Virus record (IMG/VR): IMGVR_UViG_3300025018_000412
Span: 1 to 30,665 of that record
Length of the DNA stretch: 30,665 nucleotides
Reading direction: 5' to 3' (one strand)
Source of the DNA: a virus
Taxonomy: Duplodnaviria > Caudoviricetes
Shown: positions 26,301-30,665 of the stretch, piece after piece
Numbering within the stretch: position 1 is the first letter of the stretch
Layout: each line of letters opens with the position of its first letter
The notes under the pieces: model-generated
Seen by the model: only the letters and a program-made list of their open reading frames with translations
Database searches by the model: none
What the model was told of the DNA's origin: nothing
Program-made: the position numbers and the translations under genes

Positions 26301-27007
26301 TGGGCAATATCAACTGCGATGACTGCGGTCACGACAAGAAGATGTGTACCTGCAAGAAACCTGCGTTCGTTGCCCAAGAGGGAGGCGAACACTATCAGGC
26401 CGAGTATCAGCACTGGGACTGGGTGATCGATGCTGGCATCGGCTATCTGGGGGGGTGTGCTACGAAGTACGTCTCTCGCTGGTGGAAAAAGAATGGCCTG
26501 CAAGACTTGCTCAAAGCCAAGACCTACGTCCAGAAGATGATAGTCAACTATGATGCAGTCTATGCTCTGTCCGTGGAGCCGCCGGATGATATCGACGAAC
26601 TGAACGCCCGCTTCAGAAAAGCGAACAAGTTGCCCGAGTTGGAATATCAGTTCTGCTGCCTGATGTCCGACTGGCAGAGCACGCAACAGCTTGAGTTTGC
26701 GATGCAGCTTTTGGACAGCCTTATTGCGACCGCTCAGAGGGCGCTGGAGGCTGGTGTTGGCGCGGGGGTGGTGGTAGCACCTAGCGGCACCGCAGGCACC
26801 GCAGGCGGGGCAAAAACAGGGGGCGCTGGACGTGCTGGTGGCACTGCTACCCAAGGCGCGGCATCCAGCGCGTCCACAGAGCCTCACAACAAGGCAGTCG
26901 ATGGCATGGAACACCCGTTTGGCTATGATCAGTGGGCAGAAGGCCCTATTGATGGCGGGTTTCACTCCGTGAACATCACCAAGACAGAAGACGGGTACAA
27001 CGGCTGA
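26297..27007 (+). CDS. DUF3310 (T7 gp1.7-like nucleotide kinase) protein with Gly/Ala-rich extension
   Basis: GGEHY...YLGGCATKYVSRWWKKNGLQDLLKAKTY motif; N-terminal CxxC...CxC; low-complexity C-terminal segment. Confidence 0.75.
   Translation: MMGNINCDDCGHDKKMCTCKKPAFVAQEGGEHYQAEYQHWDWVIDAGIGYLGGCATKYVSRWWKKNGLQDLLKAKTYVQKMIVNYDAVYALSVEPPDDIDELNARFRKANKLPELEYQFCCLMSDWQSTQQLEFAMQLLDSLIATAQRALEAGVGAGVVVAPSGTAGTAGGAKTGGAGRAGGTATQGAASSASTEPHNKAVDGMEHPFGYDQWAEGPIDGGFHSVNITKTEDGYNG
26728..26882. repeat. GC-rich dispersed element copy B (within CDS)
   Basis: Shares GGTGGTAG, TAGCGGCA and TACCCA-N11-CCAGCGCGTCCACAGAG, in the same order, with 12265-12369. Confidence 0.7.
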
Positions 27008-29073
27008 TGGTCATTCGAACTAAATCCGATTCGAATAAGGGCGGCGCTCTCCAGCTTGGGTTTTTCACGCCCGAGGCCAACTGGAAGCCGCCCTCCCTTT
27101 CAGACCTACCTTCTTGGAAAGGAGCAAAACGAATTGCCATTGACGCAGAAACAAGAGACCCTTCTATCGGAAATCAGATGGGATCGGGTTCGCTCAGAGA
27201 TGGATACACTGTCGGCTGGGGGTTCGCTATCGATGGAGGACCTAAGCATTATCTTCCATTCCGTCATGAAGGAGGTGATAACCTGCCTGTTGAAGCCGCT
27301 CTTGGATACCTCCGAGATCAGATCAAGGACTTCGACGGTGAATTCGTTGGAGCCAATCTCGCGTATGATGTTGACTACGGCTATAACGACGGATTCGAAT
27401 GGCACCCCGACGCTAAGTTTCGCGATGTCCAAATTGCCGACCCGCTGATCTACGAACTGCACATGAACTATTCGCTGAAAGCTATCGGCGATCGGTATGG
27501 TATCGAGGCCAAGGACGAACAGTTGCTTGTGGAAGCGGCGAGGTCCTATGGTCTTGACCCAAAGAAAGGACTGTGGCGGCTTCCTGGTCGCTTCGTTGGG
27601 CAGTATGCAGAGCAGGACGTTGCGTCTCCGCTTGAACTCCTCCGTCGGCAGGAGAAGATTATCGACGAGGAAGGGCTGCGTGAAATCTGGGACCTGGAGA
27701 CGAGAACTCTCCCGGTCCTTGTTCGTATGCGCCGCCGTGGTGTGAAGATCGACTTTGATAAGTTGGCACAGATCGAGCAGTGGTCACAGACTGAGGAACA
27801 AGCCGCGCTTGATTTCATTCGTCACCAGACTGGCATCCGTATTGCTTTCGGCGATGTGTGGAAGCCTGGAGCCTTGGCCCCTGCTTTGGAAGCTATTGGT
27901 ATCCGTCTGCAGAAGACCAGCACGGGCGCTCCGCAGATTGACCGCTTCCTCTTGGGCGGACATGACCATCCGGTCTGCGATGCTATCCTTCGGGCACGCA
28001 AGGTCAACAAGATCAGAACCACGTTTGCTGAGAGCATTCGCAAGTATGCTGTCAACGGACGTATCCATGGTCAGTTCCACCAGATCGCAAGAGAGGACGA
28101 GCAGGGAGATCAGAAAGGCGTTCGGTACGGTAGACTGTCTGCAACTCACCCAAACATGCAGCAACAGCCAAGCCCTGACCGCGATCCTGAAACTGCTGGT
28201 GAGTGGCGCAAGATCTATGTTCCTGATGATGGTGGTATCTGGGGCTGCAATGACTACTCTCAGCAAGAGCCTCGGTGGACGACACACTTCGCCGCAGTGA
28301 TGAACTTGCCGCGTGCGAGGGAAGCTGCCAAGCGTTATCAAGATGATCCTAGCACTGACAACCACGACATGATGACCCGCCTCATCCACGGTGACTCTCG
28401 TGTTGAGGAATGGCTTGCAAATGGAACCAGCGATTACAAGGTCAATCGTGGCTATTCCAAGAACATCTTTCTTGGGCTGTGCTATGGTGAAGGTGGAGCC
28501 AAACTCTGCCGCGACATCAAGAAACCCACTCGCTGGATGGTGACCTACGGTTGGCAGGAAAACAAGAGGATCGAGTACTTCGATACCCAAAGAGAGGCGA
28601 TGGCCTACAAGATGGAACTGCAACGCGGCTATGTCCGCGAGACCGCAGGGGCAGAAGGCCAGCAGATCATCGACAACTTCGACAAGGAAGTTCCCTACGT
28701 CGGACTTCTTGCCAAGGAAGCGACCAAGCGGGCAGAGGCACGCGGCTTCGTCACCACAATCTTTGGACGCAGACTGAACTTTGAGCGTCGCGATGATGGG
28801 ACGTTTGACTATACACACAAGGCACTGAACCGGATCATTCAAGGTTCGTCTGCCGACCAGACCAAGCTGGCGCTCTGTGAGTTGGACAGGGCGGGCTACT
28901 TCATCCAGTTGCAAGTTCACGACGAGACCGATGGTACGTTCGGAAGCGTTGCTGAAGCGAAAGCCGCTGGCGATATCATGATGAACTGTGTCAAGGACCG
29001 AGTAACTCCATTCGTTCCTTTTAAGGTTGACACAGAGTGTGGAAAATCGTGGGGAGAGATTAGCAAGTGTTGA
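27007..29073 (+). CDS. polA: DNA polymerase family A with 3'-5' exonuclease domain
   Basis: Exo I IDAET, GRLS..HPNMQQ, motif A DYSQQEPR, motif B RGYSKNIFLGLCYG, motif C QVHDE. Confidence 0.95.
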   Translation: MVIRTKSDSNKGGALQLGFFTPEANWKPPSLSDLPSWKGAKRIAIDAETRDPSIGNQMGSGSLRDGYTVGWGFAIDGGPKHYLPFRHEGGDNLPVEAALGYLRDQIKDFDGEFVGANLAYDVDYGYNDGFEWHPDAKFRDVQIADPLIYELHMNYSLKAIGDRYGIEAKDEQLLVEAARSYGLDPKKGLWRLPGRFVGQYAEQDVASPLELLRRQEKIIDEEGLREIWDLETRTLPVLVRMRRRGVKIDFDKLAQIEQWSQTEEQAALDFIRHQTGIRIAFGDVWKPGALAPALEAIGIRLQKTSTGAPQIDRFLLGGHDHPVCDAILRARKVNKIRTTFAESIRKYAVNGRIHGQFHQIAREDEQGDQKGVRYGRLSATHPNMQQQPSPDRDPETAGEWRKIYVPDDGGIWGCNDYSQQEPRWTTHFAAVMNLPRAREAAKRYQDDPSTDNHDMMTRLIHGDSRVEEWLANGTSDYKVNRGYSKNIFLGLCYGEGGAKLCRDIKKPTRWMVTYGWQENKRIEYFDTQREAMAYKMELQRGYVRETAGAEGQQIIDNFDKEVPYVGLLAKEATKRAEARGFVTTIFGRRLNFERRDDGTFDYTHKALNRIIQGSSADQTKLALCELDRAGYFIQLQVHDETDGTFGSVAEAKAAGDIMMNCVKDRVTPFVPFKVDTECGKSWGEISKC

Positions 29074-29423
29074 AAAGAAGAGCAAAGAAAGGAGAACCGC
29101 TTGCCTTCATAGAAATGGCAAAACTCTACGAAGGAGAAGATTGTCTACTGTGGCCTTTCGCAGTAAATTCTCATGGATATGCGAGTTTCTCAAATAGAAA
29201 TGCTCATAGTCTCGTATGCCCTGGAGAGAAAACTTCAGAAAAATATCAAGCTGCTCATCTTTGTGGAAATAAACTGTGTATGAACCCTAATCATCTTGAA
29301 TGGTCTAGTCAATTCGAGAATGAAATCGACAAACGAATCCAAGGAAAGAGAGTTGGTCGTCCAAAGACTGGACCGAACATAATTCATCTTTCAGAATTTC
29401 TTGCAAGAAAGGATAGCAGATGA
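29067..29423 (+). CDS. HNH (His-Cys) homing endonuclease-like protein
   Basis: CLLWPFAVNSHGY...AAHLCGNKLCMNPNHLEW...EN; visibly more AT-rich than the neighbouring genes. Confidence 0.85.
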   Translation: MLKRRAKKGEPLAFIEMAKLYEGEDCLLWPFAVNSHGYASFSNRNAHSLVCPGEKTSEKYQAAHLCGNKLCMNPNHLEWSSQFENEIDKRIQGKRVGRPKTGPNIIHLSEFLARKDSR

Positions 29424-30127
29424 AATATGGCGTTATCAAAGAGGGCGAGTTCGAGGAGCGCGAACTTGTCGACATCACAGCGAAGGGTTTTCTCGGCCCA
29501 ATGAAGGGACGGGTCGACACCTATGACGGTTACGTCATGAAAGAGATCAACAAGTCCTACGGCCTGCTTGAATGCGAAGGCAAAGTCGTGCTGGACATCG
29601 GGGCGAACATCGGCTGCTTCACGAAGATGGCTCTGGAGAAGGGTGCCACTCAGGTCATCTCGCTCGAGCCTGAACCGAACAACTATGCGATGCTCGACCT
29701 GAACACCGCTGGCTCCCACGACCGTGTGTCGTTGCACAACGCGGCGCTGACCAGCAAGCATGATGGTGAGATGGAACTCTATCTCAGCACAACTGGCAAG
29801 AACCCCGGAAACTCGTCGACGACGTTCCGCCGTGGCCGCTCTGCAACCAAGATCAACGCTATCTCGGTCGACACTCTGGTCGGCTTGTATCCCAACATGC
29901 AGGTCGCCAAGATCGACTGTGAGGGTGCCGAGTATGAGTTCTTCGATCGGCTGATGGCGAACACCAATCTGGAGCAGGTTGCTATGGAGTTGCATATCAG
30001 CGGTTTCGGCACGGCCAAGGCACAGGACCTTCATGACTTCATGATGTTCCTTGGGTTCCGTGCTGTTCGTGAGCCTACGATTGCAGACAATCTGTGGCAA
30101 ACTCTTGCGACGTACCGGAGGGACTGA
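29420..30127 (+). CDS. FkbM-family SAM-dependent methyltransferase
   Basis: VVLDIGANIGCF, SLEPEPNNY and AKIDCEGAEY motifs. Confidence 0.88.
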   Translation: MKYGVIKEGEFEERELVDITAKGFLGPMKGRVDTYDGYVMKEINKSYGLLECEGKVVLDIGANIGCFTKMALEKGATQVISLEPEPNNYAMLDLNTAGSHDRVSLHNAALTSKHDGEMELYLSTTGKNPGNSSTTFRRGRSATKINAISVDTLVGLYPNMQVAKIDCEGAEYEFFDRLMANTNLEQVAMELHISGFGTAKAQDLHDFMMFLGFRAVREPTIADNLWQTLATYRRD

Positions 30128-30128
30128 C

Positions 30129-30599
30129 ATGATCGCATCTGGCAACACGATCCGCAAGCTGGGCATCTTCGAGCCTTTCTCTGAGCGGACCAAACACAAC
30201 GGCATGACCTACGGTGTCGGCCCCGCTGGCTATGACGTGCGGGTGGAATTCGACGAGGAAGGCTTCGTTGATGCAGAGCATCTCATGCCTGGAGATTTCA
30301 TCCTTGCATCTACGATCGAGCGTTTCACTATGCCGAAGCACGTTCTCGGCATCGTGCATGACAAGTCCACTTGGGCTCGTCTCGGAGTTGCTGTCCAGAA
30401 TACTGTGATCGAACCTGGATGGTGTGGCTGGCTCACACTCGAGATCACGAACCACAGCAAAGAACCGATCCTCATTCAGCGTGGTGATCCCATAGCACAG
30501 ATCGTGTTCCACTTCTTGGATGAGCCTGCTTCTGTTGCCTACAACGGAAAATACCAAAATCAACGCAGAGGGCCAGTTCGTCCGGTACTTGAGGCATGA
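30129..30599 (+). CDS. dcd: dCTP deaminase (dUTPase-like trimeric fold)
   Basis: GYDVR, DKSTWARLG, VIEPGWCGWLTLEITN, PIAQIVF, YNGKYQNQ; start at ATG 30129 after GGAGG. Confidence 0.85.
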   Translation: MIASGNTIRKLGIFEPFSERTKHNGMTYGVGPAGYDVRVEFDEEGFVDAEHLMPGDFILASTIERFTMPKHVLGIVHDKSTWARLGVAVQNTVIEPGWCGWLTLEITNHSKEPILIQRGDPIAQIVFHFLDEPASVAYNGKYQNQRRGPVRPVLEA

Positions 30600-30665
30600 G
30601 AGAATATGGCAAATCTGGCATCTACCACATTCTTTGTAGATCCACTGGTCAAAGGTACATTGGAG
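30596..30665 (+). CDS. GIY-YIG endonuclease (5' part, runs off window)
   Basis: ATGA-coupled ORF absent from the ORF track: MREYGKSGIYHILCRSTGQRYIG, with a perfect GIY-x10-YIG motif. Confidence 0.8.
   Translation, partial: MREYGKSGIYHILCRSTGQRYIG

Noticed and set aside
30606-30665. Alternative ORF starting at ATG 30606 (MANLASTTFF...)
   Set aside because: The frame from 30596 is coupled to the dcd stop and encodes a clear GIY-YIG motif.
1-30665. tRNA/rRNA genes, integrase, transposase
   Set aside because: None recognised. Intergenic gaps are short and show no cloverleaf motifs by eye, although tRNAscan was not run.

Overview
This window is a segment of a tailed dsDNA phage (siphovirus-type) genome, and every credible gene lies on the + strand. 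Gene content and order resemble YuA/M6/phiJL001-like phages; this comes from recalled family knowledge, not a search. An alphaproteobacterial host is a plausible inference only. Modules: (1) 1-11990, tail morphogenesis (tail chaperone end, tape measure, tail/baseplate proteins, DUF2163/BR0599-like protein, central tail tip protein). (2) 11987-14508, lysis (holin-like proteins, overlapping Rz/Rz1 spanins, GH108 endolysin). (3) 14509-14829, a non-coding iteron-like repeat array and a near-consensus sigma70 promoter. (4) 14830-21373, replication and nucleotide metabolism (SNF2 helicase, SSB-like protein, RecD/Dda-like helicase, class II RNR). (5) 21487-30599, a thymidine replacement/hypermodification cluster around DNA polymerase A: aGPT-Pplase-like protein, GT-B glycosyltransferase, dUMP-hydroxymethylase-like thymidylate synthase, HD hydrolase, DUF3310 protein, FkbM methyltransferase and dCTP deaminase, with HNH and GIY-YIG endonucleases interspersed. 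The two most notable observations are a candidate pathway for a glycosylated, possibly methylated, 5-hydroxymethyluracil base, and a dispersed ~120-150 bp GC-rich element. The element has two clear copies and one weaker copy, is nearly devoid of GA/TC dinucleotides in the two clear copies, and is overprinted on coding sequence in two of the three places.
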